Assembly (NCBI GenBank): GCA_041664205.1
Contig: JBAYLF010000005.1
Coordinates: 7,063-71,062, forward strand
DNA from: Minisyncoccota bacterium
GTDB lineage: Bacteria; Patescibacteriota; Minisyncoccia; Phycocordibacterales; JBAYLF01
DNA length: 64,000 bases
Direction: 5' to 3'
In this document: in pieces, positions 35,230 to 44,850 of the stretch
Layout of the letters: each line of letters begins with the position of its first letter
How positions within the stretch are numbered: position 1 is the stretch's first letter
Position numbers and translations under genes: made by a program
The notes under the pieces: generated by a model
Seen by the model: the letters and a program-made list of their open reading frames with translations, nothing else
The model's database searches: none
What the model was told of the DNA's origin: nothing

Positions 35230-35940
35230 CTATTTGTTGTGGTTAATTAATCTTCTTTTATGATCCTTACTATCGCTTACTATAAGACCGTCTCTGATAT
35301 GAATAATTCTTTGGGCATGTTCTGCAACGTCATGTTCGTGAGTAATAAGTATGATCGTTCTGCCCATTTCTTTATTTAATTTTTGAAATGTTCCCAAAAC
35401 AATTTCTCCAGTTTGAGTATCTAGGTTTCCTGTTGGCTCGTCTGCAAGAATAAGTGTCGGATTGTTTACAAGAGCTCGGGCAATCGCGACACGCTGAATT
35501 TGTCCTCCTGAAAGCTGATTTGAAAGATGGTGAAAATGTTCCTCGTCTAGTCCTGCCGCTTTGAGTGATTTTTTAGCAACATCATTTCGTTCCTGTTCAT
35601 CAACACCAGCGTAAATTAAAGGAAGCATCACGTTTCGCAATACTGTTGCTCTGGGAAGAAGATTGAAAGACTGAAATACGAAACCAATTTTGTCTCTTCT
35701 GATGTCAGCTAATTCATCGTCACTTAATTTTGAGACATCTTTTCCATCTAGAAAATATGTGCCAGCAGTTGGGTTATCAAGCGCACCTAAAATATGCATG
35801 AGTGTTGATTTACCAGAACCTGATGGTCCCATGATCGCAACGAACTCTCCATCTTCAATTTTGAAACTCACACCTTTTAAAGCTTGTGTTTCAAAAACTT
35901 CACTTTTATATATTTTTGTTATATCTTTAATCTCAATCAT
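35230..35940 (-). CDS. MacB/LolD-like ABC transporter ATP-binding protein
   Basis: GPSGSGKST, GFVFQSFNLL, LSGGQ.QRVAIARAL, ADEPTGNLD. Confidence 0.97.
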   Translation of the reverse strand: MIEIKDITKIYKSEVFETQALKGVSFKIEDGEFVAIMGPSGSGKSTLMHILGALDNPTAGTYFLDGKDVSKLSDDELADIRRDKIGFVFQSFNLLPRATVLRNVMLPLIYAGVDEQERNDVAKKSLKAAGLDEEHFHHLSNQLSGGQIQRVAIARALVNNPTLILADEPTGNLDTQTGEIVLGTFQKLNKEMGRTIILITHEHDVAEHAQRIIHIRDGLIVSDSKDHKRRLINHNK

Positions 35941-35949
35941 TTTTTTTGT

Positions 35950-37764
35950 TTAATCAACTCTTGGGATTTTAACGGCGCCACTTGCACTACCTCCATTTCT
36001 TGCGCCTCCACCTCCAAACAAACTTGTGGCCGTTGTTGTTTTTGTTGTAGCTGAAGAAGCTGTGATTGTTTTGGTTACAATTTGATCACCTTCTTTAAGA
36101 CCTGAAATAATTTCAATTGATGTGTCGTCAGACAATCCTACTTCTACTGTTTGTTGTTTAGGTGCTGTTGCAGAAGGAGTTCCTTGAGTACCAGAAGTTG
36201 CGGTTAGTGCCGGAGAAAATATTTCAACATAAGATGTGCCATTTTGTGATTTTACAGCACTACTTGGAACTACAAGAACATCTTGTTTTGAATCTGTAAT
36301 GATTGAAGCAGACACACTCATTCCTGATTTTACTCTGTCATCTTGAGTATCAAAATTAATTTTTATGGCATATGTTACAACTCCTTGACTAACTGTGCCG
36401 ATTGAATCTACTTGAGATACTTGTCCGGCAATGCTTAGATCGGAAATGGCATCAAATGTTAATGTTGCTTTTTGTCCAACTTTCACTTTTGCAGCATCAA
36501 CTTCATTAAGTGATAGCTCCGCTATTTTTTGTTTAGTTACAAGAGTTGCGACAGAAGTTCCGCTTGATACTGAATCTAATGCTGTTATGTTTATTTTTGC
36601 AACGACGCCATCAAATGGAGCTCTGATGTAATAATTTGCAAGAGTGTCTTGAGCATCAAGAAGCGCATTTTCTCGTTGTTTAATAGAAAGTTCTGAAGAC
36701 TGTATATCTAATGTGTCGGCTCCAGCTTGAAGTTTTTTTAAAGATTCGGTTTTTTCTTGAATTGTAAGATCACTATTTGCGATTGAGTTTTTATCGTTTT
36801 TAATAGTGTTTATCATGTTTAAAAGCGATAACAAGTTCGAGTTTGCTTTACTTGTATATGTTCCAAGACTTGTTTGATCAGTGGTTAGTTGAGAAGGAAA
36901 ATTTCTATTGTGTGTTGTGAGCTGATCTTTTACAAAACTTAATAGGTCACTGCTGCTTTTTACTGATTCTGAAATTGATTTTGTTGTAGCATAAGTTTCG
37001 TTTAATAATTTTTCGATTGTTTGAGTGTCAGCATATCTACTGGTTGATTTATAGTCTAGAAAATTTTTATCATATGCAGTTCTGGCTGTTTGATAAGTTG
37101 ATGCTGCATTGTCTCTGTAGTTTGATACATTTGTATCCCAGCTTTGCACAAGGTCGTTGTAATATGAAATATTGCTCTGACTACTACTGTAGTCATTGTC
37201 ATAAAGCACTGATTGAACTCCTGTGATAACTGTTGGTAAATCTAGAAAGGCGTTTGAAATTGCAGTGAAGGCATCATCGTAGGCTTTGTTAAGATCGTCT
37301 TGTGCTTGTTTCTTTGATTGTTCCGCATTAGTAATAGCATTTTGAGCTTGAAGTAAAGAAAGTGTATCCGCAGGTTGTTTGGTTTTTTCAAGCGAAAGTT
37401 TTGCGCTATCAAGGTTTGCTTGAGCATCACGCACAGTTTTGTCTGCACTTGTTGTATCAAGTCTTGCAATCAATGTTCCAGATTTTACGCTTTGGCCTTC
37501 AAGGTTAGCAAGATAAACAACATCACCCGATGCTTTTGATTTTAATTCTACTGTGTTTGAAGCTGATACTTGACCGCTTCCTGTTACAGAAGAAATTATC
37601 GTTCCTTTTTTAACGGTATCTAAAACATAGCGTGTTTCTCCGCTAGTGCTTGTTAGTTTGTTATATGACCAATAGCTTCCGTAGACTAAAATAATAAGAA
37701 CGACGATGCTTATAATCTTATGTGCAATAGCGTAGGTTTTTATTTTTAAGAAAAGATTTTTCAT
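35950..37764 (-). CDS. Efflux membrane-fusion protein (HlyD/MacA-like) with long coiled coil
   Basis: TM anchor, VKSGTLIARLD, IRAPFDGVV, EVDAAKVKVGQKA, GMS, VEVGLSD..IEIISGLKEGD. Confidence 0.93.
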   Translation of the reverse strand: MKNLFLKIKTYAIAHKIISIVVLIILVYGSYWSYNKLTSTSGETRYVLDTVKKGTIISSVTGSGQVSASNTVELKSKASGDVVYLANLEGQSVKSGTLIARLDTTSADKTVRDAQANLDSAKLSLEKTKQPADTLSLLQAQNAITNAEQSKKQAQDDLNKAYDDAFTAISNAFLDLPTVITGVQSVLYDNDYSSSQSNISYYNDLVQSWDTNVSNYRDNAASTYQTARTAYDKNFLDYKSTSRYADTQTIEKLLNETYATTKSISESVKSSSDLLSFVKDQLTTHNRNFPSQLTTDQTSLGTYTSKANSNLLSLLNMINTIKNDKNSIANSDLTIQEKTESLKKLQAGADTLDIQSSELSIKQRENALLDAQDTLANYYIRAPFDGVVAKINITALDSVSSGTSVATLVTKQKIAELSLNEVDAAKVKVGQKATLTFDAISDLSIAGQVSQVDSIGTVSQGVVTYAIKINFDTQDDRVKSGMSVSASIITDSKQDVLVVPSSAVKSQNGTSYVEIFSPALTATSGTQGTPSATAPKQQTVEVGLSDDTSIEIISGLKEGDQIVTKTITASSATTKTTTATSLFGGGGARNGGSASGAVKIPRVD

Positions 37765-37787
37765 AATTTATTTATTAATTTAAAAAA

Positions 37788-38264
37788 TTATTTATTACGT
37801 GTACTTGTTCCCATTATTGGTGGAGTTGGTATGAGTCTGATAAGTTTTGCTTCGATTTGTGATTTACTATTAGGTTCTCCGACAACAACTATAGAATCGT
37901 TAATCTTAAGATTTTCTGGTTTTATTTTTTCTCTGAATTGATTGATTAAGGTATCGTCTGTTATAAGAACTATTTTTTCAATATTATCTGGTCCCAAAAC
38001 TATTATTGAAGGTAATTCAATTTTTATAATTTTTCCTATTGCTCCGTGAGATGTTGGAAAATCATCTCCCATAGGTGAATTCATCATAGGTTCTCTATGA
38101 GGATTTCCGAATGTTTGATAATAGTTATTTCCCCACATGTATGAAAATTCTGCTTTTTTGTAACCAACAAATTCTCCTGCTTGAAAAACAACAAGAATTA
38201 AAACTAATACTCCTACGCAATAAATGATTATTTTAAATTTTTTTGATTCAAAGATTTCTTTCAT
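37788..38264 (-). CDS. Membrane-anchored OB-fold protein (DUF5666-like)
   Basis: TM; HGAIGKIIKI...VVVGEPN..QIEAKLIR. Confidence 0.75.
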   Translation of the reverse strand: MKEIFESKKFKIIIYCVGVLVLILVVFQAGEFVGYKKAEFSYMWGNNYYQTFGNPHREPMMNSPMGDDFPTSHGAIGKIIKIELPSIIVLGPDNIEKIVLITDDTLINQFREKIKPENLKINDSIVVVGEPNSKSQIEAKLIRLIPTPPIMGTSTRNK

Positions 38265-38294
38265 GATAATTTAATTAATTTTTATTAAAGATTA

Positions 38295-38717
38295 TTAAGC
38301 TGGTCGACTTGATAAAAATAATACCTTAGTATTTTTTTCAACAAATTTTAATGAGCCGAGCATTACGAATATTACCGAAAGTAATGCTGCAAAGCCTAAT
38401 ATTGGAAGAGACTCAACTAGTGATAGTGCGATTTCTTTCCAATAGCTCAAAATCAATGTTCCTTCCGATAAAAGTGAAAGGTATTGATAAAATCCTGATT
38501 GACTAAATCCGATCATTAAATATTGATATGCAGGAACAATAAGAACTAAAGAAACTAAAGTCACAGATGAAAAGAAGGCTAATTGTATAATTGCTTGTCT
38601 TCTTTGTGCGATTTCAATTCTGTGTAAAATAGCAGAAAATAACAGAGGTGAAGGTTCCGCCTGTTTTAAATCTGCAAACAATTCTTCATATTTTTTATCC
38701 ATATTGTCCATATACAT
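38295..38717 (-). CDS. Putative anti-sigma factor (membrane protein)
   Basis: EPSPLLFSAILHRI motif followed by TM helices, directly after the ECF sigma gene. Confidence 0.7.
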   Translation of the reverse strand: MYMDNMDKKYEELFADLKQAEPSPLLFSAILHRIEIAQRRQAIIQLAFFSSVTLVSLVLIVPAYQYLMIGFSQSGFYQYLSLLSEGTLILSYWKEIALSLVESLPILGFAALLSVIFVMLGSLKFVEKNTKVLFLSSRPA

Positions 38718-38722
38718 ATACT

Positions 38723-38750
38723 TATACGAAAAAGACTTGTGTTTTGGTGC
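38723..38750 (-). promoter_or_regulatory. Candidate ECF-sigma promoter
   Basis: Minus strand GCACC-N17-CGTATA between the sigma and anti-sigma genes; CGT core is typical of ECF -10 elements. Confidence 0.45.
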
Positions 38751-38759
38751 TTTTTCGAC

Positions 38760-39359
38760 TTAATTAATAATTTTTTGTATTTTTTGTTTGTCTATGATTT
38801 TTCTAAGCATTATAAGTGCTCGTCTATGCTGGCTTTTTACTGTATCTGTGGATTTGTTTAGTATTTTCCCCATATCGCTGAAAGTCAGCTGTTCGTTGTA
38901 ATGAAGGAAAAGTATTTCCTGATAAAGAGGCGATAGTTGTTTTAGTAAATCTTCTATAAGTTTTTTATCTTCAATTATTGCAATCAGTTCATCTGATAAT
39001 GGTTCCGGATCGGTAATATTTTCTTCAAAAGTATTGCTGCCGTCTTTGTTCTCAAAATCGGAAAATGTGAGATTTTTCTTTTTACGCAGCCAGTCTATTG
39101 TTGTATTTCTTGCGATAGTGAAGATCCAAGTTTTAAAATTTTCTCCCTTTCTATATTTTTTGATATTTTTCCATACTTTCAAAAAAGTTTCTTGGGTTAT
39201 ATCTTCGGATTCTTGAGTATTTTTCGTTAGACGAAAAATAAAATTATAAATAGGTTTTAAGTAATCTTTAACAAGTTCTGAAAATGCTTCATTGTCTCCA
39301 TTTAAGTAGTCAATGATAAGTTGCTCATCATTTTCTTGATTGTTTTTAATAAGTACCAT
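38760..39359 (-). CDS. ECF RNA polymerase sigma factor
   Basis: DEQLI...GDNEAFSELV, EDITQETFLKVW, FKTWIFTIARN, region-4 TVKSQHRRA. Confidence 0.95.
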   Translation of the reverse strand: MVLIKNNQENDEQLIIDYLNGDNEAFSELVKDYLKPIYNFIFRLTKNTQESEDITQETFLKVWKNIKKYRKGENFKTWIFTIARNTTIDWLRKKKNLTFSDFENKDGSNTFEENITDPEPLSDELIAIIEDKKLIEDLLKQLSPLYQEILFLHYNEQLTFSDMGKILNKSTDTVKSQHRRALIMLRKIIDKQKIQKIIN

Positions 39360-39477
39360 ATTTGGATTTTTTATTTATACCATTAAATTTGATAACGGTC
39401 TAACTAGAGTAATTTTTGTTTGACTCATATTCTGCGCAGTCATATAATATGCATTATTATCAAATTAGAAATATTTT

Positions 39478-39711
39478 ATGAAAAAAATTACTATTTATTC
39501 AACTCCAACTTGTGTTTATTGCAAAATAGCAAAAGATTTTTTTAAGGCTCATGATCTAACTTACACAGAAAAAAATGTTCTTGCAGATCCAGCGTCTAGA
39601 AAAGAAGCAGTTGATAAGTCTGGCCAGATGGGTGTTCCTGTTATAGATATAGAAGGAAAGATAATTGTTGGTTTTAATGAAGATCAGATCTCTAAAGAGC
39701 TCGGAATATAA
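39478..39711 (+). CDS. Glutaredoxin-like protein (NrdH/YruB)
   Basis: YSTPTCVYC, SGQMGVPVI, VGFN. Confidence 0.94.
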   Translation: MKKITIYSTPTCVYCKIAKDFFKAHDLTYTEKNVLADPASRKEAVDKSGQMGVPVIDIEGKIIVGFNEDQISKELGI

Positions 39712-39713
39712 TT

Positions 39714-40475
39714 ATGACTCAAAAAAATTCTTCCTGGGACAGCGTTTCTGAATGGTATGACGAATATTTGGAAGTTTCTGAAGATAGTTTTCAGAAAAAA
39801 GTTATACTACCCAATATTTTAAGGATTATTGATATTAAAAAGGGAGATAAAGTTCTTGATCTTGCTTGCGGACAAGGTTTTTTTTCCAGAGAATTTTATA
39901 ATGCAGGCGCAGAAGTATCGGGTGTAGACATTTCTCCTAAATTAATAGAAATAGCAAAAACAAAATCTCCAAAAGATGTAAGGTTTGAAGTTGCTTCAGC
40001 AGACAAGCTGTCTTTTATTAAAGACGGCTCTTTTGATCGAGCCGTTATAATTTTAGCTCTTCAAAATATTGAAAATTTAAATGGCGTAATAGGAGAGTGT
40101 TCCAGAGTTTTGAAAAAAGGCGGAAGATTTATTTTTGTGCTTAATCATCCAGTTTTTAGATTACCTAAAAAATCCAGCTGGGGCTGGGATGATGAAAATA
40201 AAATTCAGTATCGTCGCTTAGATAGCTATCTTAGTGAATATAGTTCGCAAATAGAAATGCATCCAGGAGAAAGATCAAAAGAACACACGATAAGTTTTCA
40301 CAGATCGCTCCAAGTGTATTTAAAAGCTCTTATAAAAAATGGTTTTTGTCTAACTAATTTTGAAGAGTGGATCTCTCACAAAAAAAGCGAACCAGGACCT
40401 CGTGCTAAGTCTGAAGATACTGCTAGAAAGGAATTTCCGATGTTTTTATGCATCGGAGCGACTAAGCTACTATAG
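39714..40475 (+). CDS. Class I SAM-dependent methyltransferase
   Basis: VLDLACGQG, VDISP, RVLKKGG, NHP. Confidence 0.93.
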   Translation: MTQKNSSWDSVSEWYDEYLEVSEDSFQKKVILPNILRIIDIKKGDKVLDLACGQGFFSREFYNAGAEVSGVDISPKLIEIAKTKSPKDVRFEVASADKLSFIKDGSFDRAVIILALQNIENLNGVIGECSRVLKKGGRFIFVLNHPVFRLPKKSSWGWDDENKIQYRRLDSYLSEYSSQIEMHPGERSKEHTISFHRSLQVYLKALIKNGFCLTNFEEWISHKKSEPGPRAKSEDTARKEFPMFLCIGATKLL

Positions 40476-40534
40476 CTTTGATTAGGCGCTAGTTTTTTAA
40501 ATAATCTGGAGTATTATTTACACAGAGGTGATTT

Positions 40535-41278
40535 ATGTTTGATCCTATTACTTTTAATTCGCCATTGAGAAGTTTTCTTTTAAAATCAAAAGAAGCTTTG
40601 GATCTAAAAGAACAAATTAGTGTTGTTCGTGATGCTATTGTATTTACAAAGCAACATTTCAAAGGATATTTAAGATTCTATTCTATACGAAATATTCTTT
40701 TTCAGCTGAATAATTTACCATTTCTTTATATTAATGATAATGATACTCAGTTTTATCGCGTTAAAACTGAATTAAGGCAAGCTGATATCGGAGAGATTTC
40801 TTATGATACACTTTGCTTGTTTCTTACCATTAATGATGATTCTAAGGTTTCTGAAAAAATTAAATGTGACGGAATAATATCACTTCAAAATGAAGGATTG
40901 CTGTCTCATTTTATTTTATTGACTGATGACGGAAGGTTAATTTATTGGAGAGCTAGGTTTAAATTTGTTCCCAGGGACGATCTGCGAGTTCGAGAATGCA
41001 AAGAAGCAGTGTCCGAGATTTTTCAAAAACCTGCAAACTTTACACCTAATGAATGTGTAGAAATTATCTTTAACACACTTTATTGTCCGGAAGAAAGAAG
41101 GGATAGAAGGTGTAAGTGGAGTTATTTTCACCATCACATAGAACTTGCCAATGAATTTGGAGTGATAGATGATTTTGCACTTTGGGAATTGTTCAATAAA
41201 AATCAGTTCATCGCATTTGATATTGTAAGCAAATTAGATATTTATCTGCTTAAAGCAGAACATAGAAAAATTCGTTAA
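40535..41278 (+). CDS. Hypothetical protein
   Basis: 247-aa ORF with GAGGTG SD-like motif and downstream hairpin; no motif recognised. Confidence 0.7.
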   Translation: MFDPITFNSPLRSFLLKSKEALDLKEQISVVRDAIVFTKQHFKGYLRFYSIRNILFQLNNLPFLYINDNDTQFYRVKTELRQADIGEISYDTLCLFLTINDDSKVSEKIKCDGIISLQNEGLLSHFILLTDDGRLIYWRARFKFVPRDDLRVRECKEAVSEIFQKPANFTPNECVEIIFNTLYCPEERRDRRCKWSYFHHHIELANEFGVIDDFALWELFNKNQFIAFDIVSKLDIYLLKAEHRKIR

Positions 41279-41392
41279 TTTAAAACAGCAGACATATTTA
41301 GTCCGCTGTTTTTTATTTTGTATTAAAAATAAAAACGAGGATTAATTAATCCTCGTTTTTAAATTTTTAAAAAAGATCTTATCATTTTTTAT

Positions 41393-41932
41393 CTAAAGTT
41401 TAACCGGAATTACTATATATTCAGGATCTAGCCAAATAGTATTCAGGTCATCTGCAATTTCAGGAACATCTTTTACATCAAAAATACAATGCCACGCGCT
41501 GTGTTTTTTCGCACATCTTTTTTTAGAAATATTATTGTTATGGCGCCTCTCTTTTTTTACTTCTTTAAAGAGATATCTAGGCCTTCTGTGGTGCTTAGTG
41601 CTTTTCGGTTCTGCTTCTTCATCGCTCTTAGCTTCTCGGCGTTTAATGAAATCTTGCAAAATATCTGGATCGATTCTGTCTTTTTCTATTGAAAGAGGAT
41701 TGGCATCTTTTCCATATTCTTTTAAAAAATCTTCTTTCGTCATTAAAATTAAAATATATAGAAGATCGAGAAAAGGCTCATTTATTTCATCTATGACTTG
41801 TAAAGGATCTTTATTGCCAAAGTTTATATACCAAGCTTTTTTCTTGTTTAGATTAACCCAAGAGGTATTTTTTTTGCTTTTATCTCCCCCTAATTTTAAG
41901 GGTTTTCTATAGTGAGGCACTTCGTCGTTCAC
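41393..41932 (-). CDS. Hypothetical basic protein
   Basis: 179-aa ORF, GTG start after AAGGA; converges on hairpin 41331-41360. Confidence 0.62.
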   Translation of the reverse strand: MNDEVPHYRKPLKLGGDKSKKNTSWVNLNKKKAWYINFGNKDPLQVIDEINEPFLDLLYILILMTKEDFLKEYGKDANPLSIEKDRIDPDILQDFIKRREAKSDEEAEPKSTKHHRRPRYLFKEVKKERRHNNNISKKRCAKKHSAWHCIFDVKDVPEIADDLNTIWLDPEYIVIPVKL

Positions 41933-42090
41933 GTGTTCATCCTTTCTTTGTGAGTTGTCCCTGTGTTTTTATGTGAATTTTTTAAAGATCAAAATGTTGA
42001 CTACATTATATACTGATAAAAAAATTAAGTAAATTTATTAGCCAATAACTTCTAAAGACATCATTATTATAGTGTGTTATTATTTAGGTT

Positions 42091-42561
42091 ATGAAAAACA
42101 AGAAAATATTTACTGTAATTTTATTAATGATTATTGCTTTAGTCGGCTTTTCTGTTTTTGTTTGTTTTAAAAAAGATCAGGTTGAGGTAATGCCAGTTTT
42201 AAATACTAATATTAAAGACGTGGGAAATTCAGTAGAACATTCTGACTTGATCAGAGTTGGTGCACCAAAAGCAAATGATGTTATTAAAAGCCCCTTAATT
42301 ATTTCCGGAGAGGCTAGAGGAACCTGGTATTTTGAAGCGAGTTTTCCTGTGAAATTAATCGATGCTAATGGAAATGTTGTTGCTAGTGTGCCAGCTCAAG
42401 CTCAAGGCGAGTGGATGACGGAGAATTTTGTGCCTTTTAAAGCAGAACTAAAATTTAATATACCTTCCACTGATTATGGCACACTGATTTTAGAAAAAGA
42501 TAATCCGTCAGGATTGCCTGAAAATAATGATGAAATAATAATTCCTATTAGATTTAAGTAG
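42091..42561 (+). CDS. Gmad2 immunoglobulin-like domain protein
   Basis: TM; SPLIISGEARGTWYFEASFPV, WMTENFVPF, LEKDNPSGLPEN. Confidence 0.88.
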   Translation: MKNKKIFTVILLMIIALVGFSVFVCFKKDQVEVMPVLNTNIKDVGNSVEHSDLIRVGAPKANDVIKSPLIISGEARGTWYFEASFPVKLIDANGNVVASVPAQAQGEWMTENFVPFKAELKFNIPSTDYGTLILEKDNPSGLPENNDEIIIPIRFK

Positions 42562-42606
42562 AACTTATTACTATTTGTTTATCTATTTATATTGTAAAAT
42601 AATTTT

Positions 42607-43542
42607 ATGATCAATATGGTCAAAAAAATTATTGTTATCATTCTCGTCCTATTTTTTGTAAGAGGAATTGTTTTCTATTGGAATGATGTTGGATTTTCTT
42701 CGATATTTTCAACAAATAGTGATTTAGCTATTATAAAAGATGATATTTCAAAATTAAATAATGATATTTCTAGCACGACAAATAAATTTTTTGGACAAAA
42801 TTTAGAAAAGATAAAATCTCAAATTTTTACTCCTTCTCCTCTAAAATCTACTTCAAAAGATGAAACCAACAATTCAGCAGTTCTTACACAGCAAGGCGTT
42901 CTAGATTCGACAAATAAAGCTAGAATTGATAATAAAGAGAAATCTCTTACGTTTAATAAAACATTAAATGCTATTGCTCTAAAAAAGACGAATGATATGT
43001 TTGAAAAAGGATATTTTGAACACATATCGCCATCTGGAGTAGGAGTTTCCGATTTAGCCAAAGAAGCAGGCTACGAGTATGTTATTTTAGGAGAAAATCT
43101 TGCTTCCGGAGATTTTAAAGACGATGAAGCTTTAGTTGATGCTTGGATGGCAAGTCCTGGGCATCGCGCAAACATTTTAAATTCACGTTTCCAAGAGATA
43201 GGTATTGCTGTTAAGAAAGGAAAATTTAAAGGTGAAGATGTGTGGCTCGCAGTTCAAACATTCGGCACTCCGCTTTCCGCATGCCCCGCAGTTGATCAGA
43301 GTTTAAAAATGACAATTGAGAATAATACTAAAATTATCAGTGATATGGAAAAACAATTACAGATCGTAAAAAATAATATAGACAAACTTACTTCGAATGA
43401 TAAGCAAACAAATAGCCAGATGCTCGATTTGTATAATCAGTTAGTTGCAAAATATAACGATCTAGTAAATGAAACAAAAATTAAGGTTTCAACGTATAAT
43501 AAAGAGGTCAAAGAATTTAATTCTTGTGTCGGATCTAATTAA
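42607..43542 (+). CDS. CAP/SCP domain protein with C-terminal coiled coil
   Basis: TNKAR, DMFEKGYFEH.SP, GENLA, WMASPGHRANIL, IGI, VQTFG. Confidence 0.92.
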   Translation: MINMVKKIIVIILVLFFVRGIVFYWNDVGFSSIFSTNSDLAIIKDDISKLNNDISSTTNKFFGQNLEKIKSQIFTPSPLKSTSKDETNNSAVLTQQGVLDSTNKARIDNKEKSLTFNKTLNAIALKKTNDMFEKGYFEHISPSGVGVSDLAKEAGYEYVILGENLASGDFKDDEALVDAWMASPGHRANILNSRFQEIGIAVKKGKFKGEDVWLAVQTFGTPLSACPAVDQSLKMTIENNTKIISDMEKQLQIVKNNIDKLTSNDKQTNSQMLDLYNQLVAKYNDLVNETKIKVSTYNKEVKEFNSCVGSN

Positions 43543-43569
43543 AAAAATTTAAAATTAAAAATCAAAAAT

Positions 43570-44799
43570 ATGAACTATCTAACATCATTAACGAATTCTC
43601 TATTACAAGTAGATATTCAAAAGATCTGGGAATTTATGCCAGTAGTGCTTTCTAATATCCAAGTTAAAGATATTTTCGACATAGTTGTCGTAGCATTTTT
43701 TATTTACCTTATATTTTTGTTTATAAAACAAACGCGATCATTCTCTGTTCTTTTTGGCACTTTTTTACTTTTTATCTTGTATTATCTTTCCGTGGTTTTT
43801 AATTTGGTGCTGACTAGGCAATTCTTTCAGCAGATAGTTACTTTCTTATTGGTTATTTTTATTATTGTTTTTCAAAGAGAAATCCGTCGCTTCTTTCAAT
43901 GGTCATTTGCTTCCAGAGGACCAATTTATAATCAACTTCGTTTGGAACAAACCTCAACCGAAATTTCTGAACCGATAGTTACCGTCGCTATGGAAATGGC
44001 TCACAAAAGAATTGGAGCAATAATGGTATTAACAGGGGATTATCCTTTAGGTGATTTAATGGAGGGGGGTTTTGCACTAGATGGAATGGTTTCTGTTCCT
44101 ATACTTTTAAGTATTTTTGATTCAAATTCTCCTGGGCATGATGGAGCTGTTATTCTTGAAGATGGGCTTATAAAAAGATATGGAGTTCATTTACCATTAG
44201 CAGAGAATTTTAAGGGGATTACAAAAGTTGGAACACGTCATAGAGCGGCCGCTGGAATAACAGAAAGAACAGATGCTTTAGCAATTGTAGTTTCTGAAGA
44301 GAGAGGTGAAGTATCGATTATGGAAGATGGACAAATGACCGTTATTAACGATAGAGATAAATTATTTGAAATAGTAAAAAAATTCCTAAAAGAAAATATT
44401 GATGAGCCAAAAAGTTTTTGGAGTTATTTCTTTGCAAAAAACTTTTTGGAAAAAGTTTTTGCTATTTTGTTAGCTATTGTTCTATGGTTTTCATTTGCGT
44501 TTCAAACTGGTGTTGTAAATCAAGATTTTTCTATTCCCGTTGAATATCAATTTTTATCTAACAATTATGTAATTTCTGATACTAGCACTAAGGAGATAAA
44601 GGTTACCTTGGCTGGAAGCAATAAAGATTTTAACACTGCTACCGACGAATCTGTTAAGGTTGTGGTTGATCTTAAAGATAGAACCGATGGAACTTATAAG
44701 ATACCTATTGGTGAAGAAAATATTTTACATCCTTCTTACTTTAATTTTGTTGATGTAAATCCTAAATACGTCTGGGTTACGGTAAAGAATAGTCAATAA
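43570..44799 (+). CDS. cdaA: Diadenylate cyclase CdaA fused to a CdaR/YbbR-like module
   Basis: Three N-terminal TMs, IVFQREIRR, HDGA, GTRHRAA, VVSEERG; then a further TM (KVFAILLAIVLW) and a YbbR-like beta domain. Confidence 0.92.
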   Translation: MNYLTSLTNSLLQVDIQKIWEFMPVVLSNIQVKDIFDIVVVAFFIYLIFLFIKQTRSFSVLFGTFLLFILYYLSVVFNLVLTRQFFQQIVTFLLVIFIIVFQREIRRFFQWSFASRGPIYNQLRLEQTSTEISEPIVTVAMEMAHKRIGAIMVLTGDYPLGDLMEGGFALDGMVSVPILLSIFDSNSPGHDGAVILEDGLIKRYGVHLPLAENFKGITKVGTRHRAAAGITERTDALAIVVSEERGEVSIMEDGQMTVINDRDKLFEIVKKFLKENIDEPKSFWSYFFAKNFLEKVFAILLAIVLWFSFAFQTGVVNQDFSIPVEYQFLSNNYVISDTSTKEIKVTLAGSNKDFNTATDESVKVVVDLKDRTDGTYKIPIGEENILHPSYFNFVDVNPKYVWVTVKNSQ

Positions 44800-44811
44800 A
44801 ATAAGGAAACT

Positions 44812-44840
44812 AAAAACACCGACTAATTGTCGGTGTTTTT
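44812..44840. terminator. Bidirectional intrinsic terminator
   Basis: AAAAACACCGAC-TAATT-GTCGGTGTTTTT. Confidence 0.82.
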
Positions 44841-44850
44841 TATTGAATCG

